A program made the position numbers and the translations under genes. The notes beneath the pieces are model-generated. The model did no database searches, was not told where the DNA came from, and saw nothing but the letters and a program-made list of their open reading frames with translations. A stretch of 64,000 nt of DNA, taken from positions 345,588,001-345,652,000 of the forward strand of contig OZ024742.1 in the NCBI GenBank assembly GCA_964016885.1, written 5' to 3'. This DNA comes from Eledone cirrhosa. Lineage: Eukaryota. Of this stretch, positions 12,004-24,674 are shown piece by piece; positions within the stretch are counted from its first letter, which is position 1, and every line of letters begins with the position of its first letter.

Positions 12004-13650
12004 TGAATAAAGTTAGTCCTTCATCAGTGATCTTCCAACCATCATTGGTATTTCATCGCTTTAAAGATCATATACCTCCGGTTGGTGCGAGCAACCGCTA
12101 AAAAAAAGTCGTTGGGACACGTAAATAAAGGGGACACGAGTGTAAACAAACAAAAATGGTGAAGCAACGAAAAGTGAGGAAGAAGGAGTCAAGTCCCAAA
12201 TTTCTATGAATTTAAATTCGGTGAAATCGTGAACGAGAGAGAATAAAGCCCATCAAACCTGGTTGAAATGTGAGCAAGGAAAGAATTTCGCACAGGTCTA
12301 AAGGGAGGAAGAAGGGGTCTAGTCTGTGAATTCGGTAAACATAAGTTCTGTGAAATCGTAGACGAGAGAGAGAAAAAATGCCGACCAGCCTGGCCAAGCG
12401 TGCGAAAGAAAAGAATTACGCACAGGTCAAACGGAAAAAAGGAGGAGGAGGAGAGGTAGTAACGGAGAATGAGTGAGTGAAGGGTGAGGAAGAGGCTAAC
12501 AGAGATAGTGACTGCTAGAGAGGGTAAAGATACAGAGAAAGAGGAAGCAGTAAGAACGAAATAGACGGGTAACAGCAGGGGAAAAAATATGTGTAAATAT
12601 GAAATAAACGTGCTGCGGGGGTTGCTTATGGGTTACATATGAATAAAGTTAGTCCTTCATCAGTGATCTTCCAACCATCATTGGTATTTCATCGCTTGCT
12701 CACATTTCAACCAGGTTTGATGGTCTTTATTCTCTCTCGTTCACGATTTCACCGAATTTAAATTCATAGAAATTTGGGACTTGACTCCTTCGTCCTCACT
12801 TTTTGTTGCTTCACCATTTTTGTTTGTTTACACTCGTGTCCCCTTTATTTACGTGTCCCAGCGACCTTTTTTAGCCGTTGCTCGCACCAACCGGAGGTAT
12901 ATGGTCTTTAAAGCGATGAAATACCAATGATGGTTGGAAGATCACTGATGAAGGACTAACTTTATTCATATGTAACCCATTAGCAGCCTCGCAGCACGTT
13001 TATTTCATATTTACACATATTTTTTCCCCTGCTGTTACCCGTCTATTTCGTTCTTACTGCTTCCTCTTTCTCTGTATCTTTACCCTCTCTAGCAGTCACT
13101 CTCTCTGTTAGCCTCTTCCTCACCCTTCACTCACTCATTCTCCGTTACTACCTCTCCTCCTCCTCCTTCTTCCCGTTTGACTTGTGCGTAATTCTTTTCT
13201 TTCACACGCTTGGCCAGGCCGGTCGGCATTTTTTCTCTCTCTCATTTACGATTTCACAGAACTTATGTTTACCGAATTCGCAGACCAGACCCCTTCTTCC
13301 TCCCGTTAGACCTGTGCGAAATTCCTTCTTTGCTCACATTTCAACCAGGTTTGATGGGCTTTATTCTCTCTCGTTCACGATTTCACCGAATTTAAATTCA
13401 TAGAAATTTGGGACTTGACTCCTTCTTCCTCACTTTTCGTTGCTTCACCATTTTTGTTTGTTTACACTCGTGTCCCCTTTATTTACGTGTCCCAACGACT
13501 TTTTTTTAGCCGTTTCTCGCACCAACCGGAGGTATATGGTCTTTAAAGCGATGAAATACCAATGATAGTTGGATGATCGCTGATGAAGGACTAACTTTAT
13601 TCATATGTAACCCATTAGCAACCCCGCAGCACGTTTATTTCATATTTACA
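12002..13650. mobile_element. Non-coding (TA)n-flanked element: about 635-bp unit in inverted plus direct tandem copies (pLTR-like)
   Basis: ctgatgaaggac at 12945 and 13580 on +, with mirror copies about 637 bp apart in 12002-12697. Internal ~120-bp subrepeats. Confidence 0.75.
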
Positions 13651-13683
13651 TATATATATATATATATACATATATATACATAC

Positions 13684-13724
<41 letters not shown>

Positions 13725-13736
13725 TATACGTATATA

Positions 13737-13776
<40 letters not shown>

Positions 13777-13801
13777 CATATATATACATATATATACATA
13801 C

Positions 13802-13850
<49 letters not shown>

Positions 13851-13856
13851 TATACA

Positions 13857-13891
<35 letters not shown>

Positions 13892-13892
13892 T

Positions 13893-13972
<80 letters not shown>

Positions 13973-14035
13973 TATATATATATGTATTTATTTATTTAAA
14001 TAACAGATTAAAGTTTAAGCAAAGAATCGCTGCTA

Positions 14036-16061
14036 AAAGGTTGCGTTGGCGTGCCTTTTATTTCGATAATCCGCGAAAAGCAGACAACAAACAGGATAAA
14101 TTTTGATTTAAAACCTATAATAACCCTCCGTGGAACCCAGCATTGCTACCCTTCGAAAATGATGTCTTGGAACTCATTTGGAGTATCAAATTTCGGAATA
14201 GGAGCAATTCCTTCCAGCAAGACCTGAAGAATAGAATTCGTTCTATTAAGGATTCTAACGCCGTGCACGTCCATTCCGACAAAACTGGCAACCTATATCA
14301 AGTGGAGTGTAGTACTTACCATCAACTACTACATAATGCTGTAACTAAGGATTACCGTAAAACTAATCGGTGTGTCTTCAATGAAATCAACGATGCTGGG
14401 TTTAAAATCACATCTGATCTCAACATCCTGGACCGAACCTCTGGACCCTATCTCTCCCCACTTTACCCTGAAGGATCACAAATCCAATTTTCCGAACAAC
14501 CCCTCTATTCGGCTTATTAACCCTACGAAGTCCGATTTAGGTAGACTTAGTAAAACGATTCTTGATAGAATTATACTTGAAATTAGAAGTTTGGCCCCTC
14601 TCGCACTGTGGAACAATTCTTTCGCGGTGATTGATTGGTTCAACGGCATATGTAACAAGGAACATTGCCGTTTTATCAAATTCGACATCAACAATTACTA
14701 CTCCTCCATCACTTTACCACTTCTCCTTAGAGCTATCAATTTCGCTAAAACACTCACAGTGGTTAAGGATTTCGAAGTTGATGTCATCCTTAATGCCCGA
14801 AAGTCGGTGATTAATTTCGACGACTCTATTTGGATTAAAAAATCCAATAGTATCCCATCCGACGTGAGTATGGGTGCCAGTGACTCTGCGGAGGTTACTG
14901 ATCTTATTGGCCTTTTCCTTCTTTTCTCTATCAAGGACGAATTCCCCAACGCGGGCGGTGGTTTGTATCGTGACGATGGTCTTTTGACCATGACTAAGTG
15001 CGGACCTCGTGCTTGCGACAGGTTCAGAAAAGAACTCACAGTCTTCTTTAAAGGCTTCAACCGCTCTATACAGGTTGAGACCAATCTCTCGGTCGTTAAT
15101 TACCTCGACGTTACCCTCAATTTATTGAATGGGTTGTATTACCCGTATAGAAAGCCGAATGATACGCTTAATTACATAAGTAAGCATTCCAACCATCCTG
15201 CCAGCATAACCAAGAACCTGGTAAAAAACGTTTCGTTGAGGCTTTCCCGTCTTTCCACCAACGAGCGCATTTTCAACGACCATTCCACTTATTACAATGA
15301 AGCTCTTGCTCGAAGTGGATTTGTCGATAAGGTAGCATATACAGAGTACGAAAATAGACCTAGAAGAAATAGATCCCGTCGCATTTGTTGGTTTACCCCA
15401 CCATATATTATGGAGGTGCACACACCATTAGCTAAGATCTTTCTTTCCCTTATTGCGAAGCTTTTTCCCCCCTACACATAAATATAGTAAAATTATTAAT
15501 AGAAATACTATTAAAATTTCTTACTCTACGACTCCTAACCTTGCACATAATATCACAGCTTCAAATTTAGCTAAACTACCTAGCCGTAGGAACACGTGCA
15601 ACCCTGTAGTTAGTACTAACCGTAATTGTAGGAATCGGGCTGATTGCCCCCTATCCGGGAAATGCCTCTCTAGTAACATTGTCTACAAATGTAAGGTTGT
15701 AACACCCACGTCCCGTAGGGCCTACATAGGGTTAACCGCCAATAGTTTCAAGCAGCGTCTTTACATGCATACCCATTCTTTTCGTTACCCTCTAAGAAGG
15801 AATATGACGTCACTTTCAACTTATATCTGGAGTCTAAAAGAGAACCACACCCAATATAAGTTACACTGGGAGATCCTAGCTCGGTCTAGATCGTATAACG
15901 GAAATAAAAGACCATGTGACCTCTGAGCCGCTGAGGCCCTGGAAATACTCTACGCCACAGACCACATCTTAAACAAAAAATTTGAGGCAATTTCGGCTTG
16001 TAAACATAAATTGCACAAAACTTTCCTGTATTACAGCCCCACGTTATACCCTAACGGATAG
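14036..16061 (+). pseudogene. PLE reverse transcriptase / GIY-YIG endonuclease ORF with frameshifts and stops
   Basis: RLRWRAFYF and SDKTG N-terminal motifs; RT motifs FDINNYYSSI, MGASDSAEV, LYRDDGL, YLDVTL; thumb SNHP; NCR..CPL..KC linker; IVY...YIG..FKQR...H GIY-YIG; CDL*...LN...SACKH tail. Frameshifts near 14440 and 15470; TGA at about 14105 and at 15924. Confidence 0.92.
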
Positions 16062-16989
16062 CACGATCTATACGTCGATATTTTACGTCTTGATGTGGGA
16101 GCTAAATATATGTTTTGATTATTCCTTTACTTATTTGCATAGGTAAGTATATATTACCCGTATATTTTGTGAAGGTATGTATACCTTCTCGTACGTATAT
16201 TTGACTGTTATGGCGTATCATTTTTACATATTCTGGTATTTAGGGTTTGGCTTTGTGTATACGGGAGTTTTGCGTCTGCGTGAGTATGCAGGTTCGTACG
16301 TATGGTGGGTGTGTGTATATGTGTACTTCTTGTTTTAGTTGACTTACGTCTCCGAACATTCGTGTATTTATTTGTAGGTATGTGTGTGCGCTTGTTATAC
16401 ACGTATCTATTTACTTATATACGTTTATATAGTTATTTATTTATTTGTACACAAGCATACACACACACACATATTTATATGCGCGTGGTTTTGTATACCT
16501 ATGGTAAGGTTTTGCGTATGCTTGTGTATGTACGTATCTGTTTGCGTGTATGTATTTATTTGTTTCTATTACTTCTGTATTGTATTTATTTACTTTGTTC
16601 TTAACTCTGTAGCGGAGATTCATTTGGTCTCCTAGTTAGAATTTTAGTCTACAACTTCTGCTATACCATTTACGTGGTTTTGTCTTCGCGTGCTATTGTT
16701 CTCCACGCTCCACATATGACTTATTATCTTCGTTTTTTCGTTCATTGCCAGAGAACGTCTCTATGCACCACCTAAGAGAACATTAGTCTACGACCTCTTT
16801 TATACCATAAACGTGGTTCTGTCTTTGCGCGTAATTGTTTTTCACCGCTCCTATTAATGATGTATTATTCGTTTTTTCCCGTTCTTTGCCAGCGAACGTT
16901 TCCACGAACCAAAGTATCGTCTTCCTGTCTTCCTCCGGTTGCAACGTTTTTTGAAATATCCAGTTCTGCGTTTACAGATTGACTTTGTT

Positions 16990-17040
16990 AGTTTCAGAAG
17001 ATCCCGTTAAGGGTGAAAGCAGCGATTCTTTGGTTAAACT
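16990..17040 (+). ncRNA. Type I hammerhead ribozyme (degenerate) in the PLE 3' pLTR
   Basis: AGTTT cAgaaga T-CCC-gttaa-GGG-T GAAA GCA..TGG TT AAACT. The core has U4->A. The inverted copy at 14013-14035 preserves stem III (AGCA/TGCT). Confidence 0.65.
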
Positions 17041-17146
17041 TTAATCTGTTATTTTAATAACTATTTGCTCTACGGTTCTTATATATTTGATATATATTTT
17101 CCTTATCGAGCCCTCTTTGGATTTTAGTCTTCAATGTTATTATTAT

Positions 17147-17181
<35 letters not shown>

Positions 17182-17775
17182 ACTACTGAACACGAAAAAA
17201 TGAATTAACACTCGGAGGTAAAATTCCATTTCACTACCCCCCCCCCCTCTCTTCTTATGTGTACACATGAATATCTGAGTGAAGGGGGAGACACACACAA
17301 ATATGTGTGTAGGTATGTATGGATGTATGTACGTGTGGGTATATATGTATGTGGGTGTGTGTATGTGTGTGTATATATATGTATGGATATGTGTATGTTT
17401 GTATATGTGTGTGTGTATATATATATATGTGTGTATGTGTGTATATATGTGTATATGTATATGCATGTATGTGTATGTTTGTATATATATATGTGTATAT
17501 ATATATATATATATACAGATATATGTTTATATGTGTGTGTATGTATATGTATGTATCTATATATATGTGTGTGTGTGTATGTATGTGCATATATGTATAT
17601 ATGCGTGTACATATATGTATGTTTCTGTATGTGTATATGTATGTATGTATGTAGATGTATGTATATATATGTATATATATATATATATGTGTATGTATAT
17701 ATATGTCTTTATGTGCTTGTTTGTACACATATATATATATGTGTGTGTATGTATGTGTGTGTATGTATATATATG

Positions 17776-17858
<83 letters not shown>

Positions 17859-17923
17859 ATGTATGTGTATATATGTATGTGTGTATGTATGTATTTGTAT
17901 GTGTACGTGTATGTGTATGTATG

Positions 17924-18007
<84 letters not shown>

Positions 18008-19126
18008 GATGTATGTATATGTGTATATGTATGTACATGTGTGTATGTGTATGTATGTGTTTATGTGTACATATATGTATATATATATGTATGTGTGTGT
18101 GTATATGCCTCTCTCTCTCTATATATATATATATGTGTGTGTGTATGTATGTGTGTGTATGCATGTATGTGTGAACGGAGGTATTTATACGGACATATGT
18201 ATATGTGTGTGTGCGTGTGTGTGTGTGTGTGTGTATGTGAGGCGTGTATGTGTATATATATGTATATTTAGTTATGTATCTTTATGTGTGTATATGTTGT
18301 ATATGTATGTATGTATATATATATATACCCATGTGGAGGTATGAGTACATATTCGTGTGTGTACGTATGTGTATATGTGTTTTTATATGTGTCTTTATAT
18401 GTTTTTATGTATGTATGTGGATGTATATGTACATGGGTGTGTGATTGATGGAGTGTGCCTATATATTCCTACATATGCCCGTGTTTATATGTATGTATAT
18501 ACGCACATATGTGTATGTTGAACAAAGGGCTAATTTTGGGATGGACGTAGAAAAATTCTTCAGAAAAAAATAATTGTTTACAAACTTGGCAGGTGCGGTT
18601 TGCCTATGACCATTCTCAACACAAAGGAATACTAAAAGCTTTTTCCCCTGAATAAAGGAATTTTTCGAGAATGACCGGGGCAGGCCGCACTTGCTACATT
18701 TCTCCCCACCCAACCCTACTCACCGTCTCAACTCATTACTGCTATTAACACTTTTTCAACACACCTACACCCCTACACTTATTAAAGGGGGAGAAAAAAA
18801 ACCCACCACAGACATGTTAAATCCCTATATATAGAACAACACACCACATACACATCAGTTTGACAAGCGCACCTCAGCGTGAAAGGTCGTTCTAAAAACG
18901 AAACAATACCTCCTACGCTAACCAAGAACCCCTAAGACCTAACCAACAACCAACAACTTAATTTATAAAATAATAAAACATTTTCTAAGAAAAAATTTTT
19001 CTAATCCGGAAAAAAATTCTTTTTGGATTTTGTGAAGAAAATAAATTTGTTGAAAGCACAAGTGAAGCCATTTTTTTCTTCCACCCTGTCTTAATATACC
19101 TAACTGTACCAAGGATTACACACATT

Positions 19127-19213
<87 letters not shown>

Positions 19214-19239
19214 TATATATATATGTATATATATATGTA

Positions 19240-19835
<596 letters not shown>

Positions 19836-19863
19836 ACATAGGTACGCACGTACATACATACAT

Positions 19864-19894
<31 letters not shown>

Positions 19895-20548
19895 AATACG
19901 TACAGACAAAAGCGCATGCATGCGTACATACATACACACGAAGCACATATATATATATATATATATATCGCCACATGTATATCTTATCACACGTACGTAC
20001 GCCACTATACATATATATATACATACACACCTATAGATACATATACATATATATATATATATACATACATATACACATACATTCACCCACATACAGACAC
20101 ACGTATAAATAAGTATGTAAAAAACATAGATATAAAAACACACATACACACACATATACGCACACACGCACACATACGGAAGCGTTCGTATACATATACA
20201 GAACGCATACACACACATGCATATTCACACGCATAGATACAAATTATAAACTAGCCGTATGAATAAATGAGTACAAATATAAAAGCGGCTGCGAAACAAC
20301 AGAATATATCTGGAGTTGAAAACGGAAGTGACATGTCATATCAGGTAGTGAAAGAAAATGGGGAAGTAAAATGTGGAATGTGAAGATATTAGGTAAGTGA
20401 ATCAAAAAGTAGGGGGGAGGGGGGTTCACTGGTGGATGTGAAGTAAAAATAAAAGTTAAACAAAATTTAAAATAAAGTTAAAAATGAAAGTAAATCAGAA
20501 AGAGAAGTCTGTATGGAGGATAATTTAAGGAAAGTGAAGAACAAGAGT

Positions 20549-20858
20549 TTATGGAGGATAAGTATCTGAAAGTGAGTTAAGTTTATATGAGCTGGAAAGC
20601 AAGTGTGATTCCATGTGTGGGCAACTGGTGAAAATTTCTGTTTTTGCGTTTAGACAGGTTTTTGGTGATTTAAAGTTCTGTAAAATCCAATATTTTTCAC
20701 TTATGCAGAGTGTGCATCTTCTTTTTCCTCTTGCATATTCTTTAGATTGGTTCAAAATTGACCAATCCAATTTATATTGGATACCTTGGTCTTTCAAATC
20801 CCATATTCTGCTAGCCAGAGCTGTGGTTAATCTTTTTTCTGGATGTCGGAAAGATGCG
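20549..20858 (-). pseudogene. C-terminal GIY-YIG fragment of a third PLE
   Basis: SFRHPEKRLTTALASRIWDLK...W.IL...CTLCISEK...LNAKTEIFTSCPH aligns by eye with the C-termini of the other two PLEs. Confidence 0.85.
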
Positions 20859-21043
20859 GCATGCATTTGTACATACACACATATGTACATTTGTGAGTGA
20901 ATATACATACATATACAATACCCTAACTATATTTCCTTTTTTTTATATATATCTCTTGCATTACTTTTATTTATATATTTTTTTTTGCCCGTTAAACTCT
21001 TGCCTTTCTTGAGGAGATTTTTCAAATATTTCACTATGTTTTA

Positions 21044-21121
21044 AATTGCCTTGTCCGACCAACGAATGAGGACGATTTTCGTATTCGCCTTATTCGGGAA
21101 AGCTCTGGTAATGAGGTAATT
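21044..21121 (+). ncRNA. Degenerate hammerhead motif
   Basis: 11-bp stem I AATTGCCTTGT/ATGAGGTAATT and stem II CGAATGAGG/CCTTATTCG, with GAAA...GGTA. The core reads CCGACCA (two changes from CUGANGA), so it is probably inactive. Confidence 0.55.
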
Positions 21122-21220
21122 ATATTGTATTGTTTATTATACATTAAATTTAGCTCTGTAACTTACATAGAGCACTCTTCACTCCTAAGACTTTTTCAAT
21201 TTTCAACGGAAACTTCAATA

Positions 21221-21299
<79 letters not shown>

Positions 21300-21301
<2 letters not shown>

Positions 21302-21650
21302 AGAAAATGCGATGTAGTTAAAGATGTTAAAGTACGTTAATGATAATGCTGTGATACATATTTCAATGACGACAGTGGCCACACGATTCCGTGTACCCAG
21401 TGCCGTGACATCATCAGACAGCTTCTTACATAATAAGGTTACGCTCCCGAGGCAATTCAAATTGAATCGGCAAGGGAACGGACAAAGTGCGTGTTCTTGA
21501 ATCCTTCGCCCGTTTCCTTGGGAGCCCCGTGATGATGTCACGGCACTGGGTACACGGAATCGTGTGGCCACTGTCGTCATTGAAATATGTATTACAGCAT
21601 TATCATTAAAAAACTTTACCATCGAAAACTACTTCGCTTTTTCTTATTCT
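21300..21650. mobile_element. Short fold-back element (HHR-bearing pLTR-like remnant)
   Basis: About 21337-21415 is inverted at 21531-21609, with a roughly 115-bp spacer. Confidence 0.75.
21348..21422 (-). ncRNA. Type I hammerhead ribozyme, intact core, long stem II
   Basis: Minus strand: GCTGT CTGATGA T-GT-C-ACGGCA..TACACG gaat CGTGTG..TGTCGT-C-AT-T GAAA TATGTA TC ACAGC. Confidence 0.82.
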
Positions 21651-21727
21651 AAATATATTCCGTCACTCCTGTGTAGAAAAAATACGTTGAGTTCTTGAAT
21701 TGAATTGCATCAATATTTGCCGTATAT

Positions 21728-22625
21728 ATCATCATCACCGTTTTACGTCCGTTCTTCCACGCTAGCATGGGTTAGACGGGTTGTCCTGTTGTGGGCAGTG
21801 TCTGGTCGGCTGACCATGCCTTGCTCATACAGGAACTGATCTGGCTTGATTTCTACAGCTGGATGCCCTTCCTAACACCAACCTCATTTACAGTGAGTGC
21901 TGGGTGCTTTTTCGTGGCGCCTACACGTCCACTTTACAGTGTGGGCTGGGTGCTTTTTTGCCGTGGCACCTCCACGACCACCTTGCGGTGGGGGGGGGGG
22001 GCATATTGTTTATATGCTTCAGCATGTACCCATGGGAGGTCGGGTACCCTGTATTACTGCGTGACGCCAGAAGTCACGGTCGTGTGTCGTTGACTTTGAG
22101 AGGTGTAGTTGGGTAACGTCGGCTTTTATCACCTCATCCCAAGTCATCTTGGGTCTCCCCACTCCGCGGTTTCCATCAACTTCTAGTGCTCTGCACCTTT
22201 TTATGCAGCTGTCATCCTTCATACGCATCACATGTCCATACCAGCGTAACCGCCTCTCCTGCACGCAGCATTTGATTCCTCTTATGCTCAGTCTCTCTCT
22301 CAATTCCTTTATGCTTTGTCGTTCACGTATATTACTGTTACACATCCATCGGAGCATGCAGGCTTCGTTTCTCTCTAATCTACGTAAGTCTTCCACCTTC
22401 AGCGCCCAGGTCTCACTACCATGCAACATCGCTGTTCGGATACACGCATCATACAGTCTGCCTTTCATTCTGAGGGAGAAGCCTTTTGCAGCTAGCAGTG
22501 GTAGTAGTTCCCTAAACTTCTTCCATCCCGTTCTTACCCTAGTTATTGTACTTTCTGAGCACCCACCTCCGTTGCTAATTCGGTCACCTAGGTAGCAGAA
22601 GCTGTCTACTGTTTCTACAGGGCTC
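21728..22625 (-). mobile_element. RTE-clade LINE, 5'-truncated 3' end
   Basis: VDSFCYLGD...RVRTGWKKFRELLPLL...KGRLYDACIRTAMLHGSETW...RRLRWYGHVMR...GRPKMTW (RTE RT C-terminus, stop at 22019). Followed by a 3' UTR and a (TGA)n tail at about 21730. Confidence 0.9.
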
Positions 22626-22670
22626 TCCCAGAGATTGGTGGTACTTGTTTCCTGTGGCTGTTTGCTTGCT

Positions 22671-22705
<35 letters not shown>

Positions 22706-22778
22706 TATAGACATAGAATATTCGAAAATATTCTGTATGTTTATAATAAACATTTTGAAGACCTAATCGCTATGTGTC

Positions 22779-22867
22779 ATTCTCGATAAAAGCACTGGAT
22801 ATGTAGTCCTGAAGATTTCTAACAAGAATGAAACGCGTAGATTACTTCCCTTGCTTTTGTCGAGAAT
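22779..22867 (+). ncRNA. Type I hammerhead ribozyme, copy 1 of 5
   Basis: Distal stem ATTCTCGATAAAAGCA/TGCTTTTGTCGAGAAT, internal loop, stem I GTAGTC/GATTAC, CTGAAGA, stem II T-TTCT-aaca-AGAA-T, GAAA-CGCG-TA. Predicted cleavage after A22839. Confidence 0.85.
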
Positions 22868-23088
22868 CTAATTGTAATACGTGACGTATTCTATTCTATA
22901 GCGATTAGGTCTTCAAAATGTTTATTATAAACATACAGAATATTTTCGAATATTCTATGTCTATATTCACATATATATCGCTATTTCAGAGCATTTATTC
23001 CAATTTCTAATTTCTGCCGGACCGGCAACCGCTCTTTCAAACCAATTCCTGTACACAGCTAAGTATTCTATAAGTCTCTAGCTGTGTC

Positions 23089-23177
23089 ATTCTCGATAAA
23101 AGCACTGGATATGTAGTCCTGAAGATTTCTAACAAGAATGAAACGCGTAGATTACTTCCCTTGCTTTTGTCGAGAAT
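23089..23177 (+). ncRNA. Hammerhead ribozyme, copy 2
   Basis: Same sequence as copy 1, offset +310. Confidence 0.85.
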
Positions 23178-23398
23178 CTAATTGTAATACGTGACGTATT
23201 CTATTCTATAGCGATTAGGTCTTCAAAATGTTTATTATAAACATACAGAATATTTTCGAATATTCTATGTCTATATTCACATATATATCGCTATTTCAGA
23301 GCATTTATTCCAATTTCTAATTTCTGCCGGACCGGCAACCGCTCTTTCAAACCAGTTCCTGTACACAGCTAAGTATTCTATAAGTCTCTAGCTGTGTC

Positions 23399-23487
23399 AT
23401 TCTCGATAAAAGCACTGGATATGTAGTCCTGAAGATTTCTAACAAGAATGAAACGCGTAGATTACTTCCCTTGCTTTTGTCGAGAAT
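23399..23487 (+). ncRNA. Hammerhead ribozyme, copy 3
   Basis: Same sequence as copy 1, offset +620. Confidence 0.85.
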
Positions 23488-23708
23488 CTAATTGTAATAC
23501 GTGACGTATTCTATTCTATAGCGATTAGGTCTTCAAAATGTTTATTATAAACATACAGAATATTTTCGAATATTCTATGTCTATATTCACATATATATCG
23601 CTATTTCAGAGCATTTATTCCAATTTCTAATTTCTGCCGGACCGGCAACCGCTCTTTCAAACCAGTTCCTGTACACAGCTAAGTATTCTATAAGTCTCTA
23701 GCTGTGTC

Positions 23709-23797
23709 ATTCTCGATAAAAGCACTGGATATGTAGTCCTGAAGATTTCTAACAAGAATGAAACGCGTAGATTACTTCCCTTGCTTTTGTCGAGAAT
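23709..23797 (+). ncRNA. Hammerhead ribozyme, copy 4
   Basis: Same sequence as copy 1, offset +930. Confidence 0.85.
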
Positions 23798-24018
23798 CTA
23801 ATTGTAATACGTGACGTATTCTATTCTATAGCGATTAGGTCTTCAAAATGTTTATTATAAACATACAGAATATTTTCGAATATTCTATGTCTATATTCAC
23901 ATATATATCGCTATTTCAGAGCATTTATTCCAATTTCTAATTTCTGCCGGACCGGCAACCGCTCTTTCAAACCAGTTCCTGTACACAGCTAAGTATTCTA
24001 TAAGTCTCTAGCTGTGTC

Positions 24019-24107
24019 ATTCTCGATAAAAGCACTGGATATGTAGTCCTGAAGATTTCTAACAAGAATGAAACGCGTAGATTACTTCCCTTGCTTTTGT
24101 CGAGAAT
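24019..24107 (+). ncRNA. Hammerhead ribozyme, copy 5
   Basis: Same sequence as copy 1, offset +1240. Confidence 0.85.
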
Positions 24108-24266
24108 CTAATTGTAATACGTGACGTATTCTATTCTATAGCGATTAGGTCTTCAAAATGTTTATTATAAACATACAGAATATTTTCGAATATTCTATGT
24201 CTATATTCACATATATATCGCTATTTCAGAGCATTTATTCCAATATATATATATATATATATATAT

Positions 24267-24303
<37 letters not shown>

Positions 24304-24586
24304 TATATATATATATATCATAAAACATGTTTATAGAATCACAAAATAAAATATATACTATTTCCTCTCCCAATTAGCATAATTAACTATATAAAAAATC
24401 GAATAGACCAGGCTATACGAATGAGGCTTCTATGAAGGAATCTCCGACAAATAACCAAAACTAGCGCTTCGCGTCGGCCGTAGTGGAATATTTATCGAAT
24501 ATTTCGACAGCGTAATCGCCTAGATACAGTCAACTAAGCAGAATTAGGTTTAAAATAAACTAGGAGAAAATAGAATACATTTAAAT

Positions 24587-24674
24587 ACCTCTACCAGGGT
24601 TTCGTCCGTGTTTTGAGTTTTCCAATAATTATGTAATAATCATATAAACTCGAGCGCCGGATTCTTCAGGAAGC
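24587..24674 (-). ncRNA. Type I hammerhead with about 60-nt extended stem II
   Basis: GCTTC CTGAAGA A-TCCG..GAGTTT..AAACTC..CGGA-C GAAA CCCTGG TA GAGGT. The partial copy at 25090 has palindromic CCATGG. Confidence 0.7.

Larger units (their letters stand above)
13995..17148 (+). mobile_element. Penelope-like retroelement (Naiad-like), 5'-truncated and decayed, inserted in (TA)n
   Basis: RT + GIY-YIG coding remnants 14036-16061 and a long 3' UTR with an HHR. 13995-14035 is an inverted copy of about 17017-17057 (inverted partial pLTR). Flanked by (TA)n on both sides. Confidence 0.9.
22701..24244 (+). mobile_element. Retrozyme-like tandem array: about 4.7 x 310-bp units, one HHR each, with a 5' inverted fragment, inserted in (TA)n
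   Basis: Marker atgtagtcctgaaga at 22801, 23111, 23421, 23731 and 24041 (period 310). Units look identical apart from one A/G near 23045. 22701-22773 is an inverted part of the unit. No ORF. Confidence 0.88.

Noticed and set aside
16085-16125. Possible SECIS after the PLE 1 stop (TTGAT..AAA..TGAT)
   Set aside because: The helix between the putative quartet halves does not pair well and spacing is short; not called.
18555-18570. CUGAAGA on the minus strand
   Set aside because: No stem II, GAAA or matching stem I downstream.
22774-24244. CRISPR-like array interpretation of the regular repeats
   Set aside because: Whole 310-bp units are identical with no unique spacers; eukaryotic context; no cas genes.
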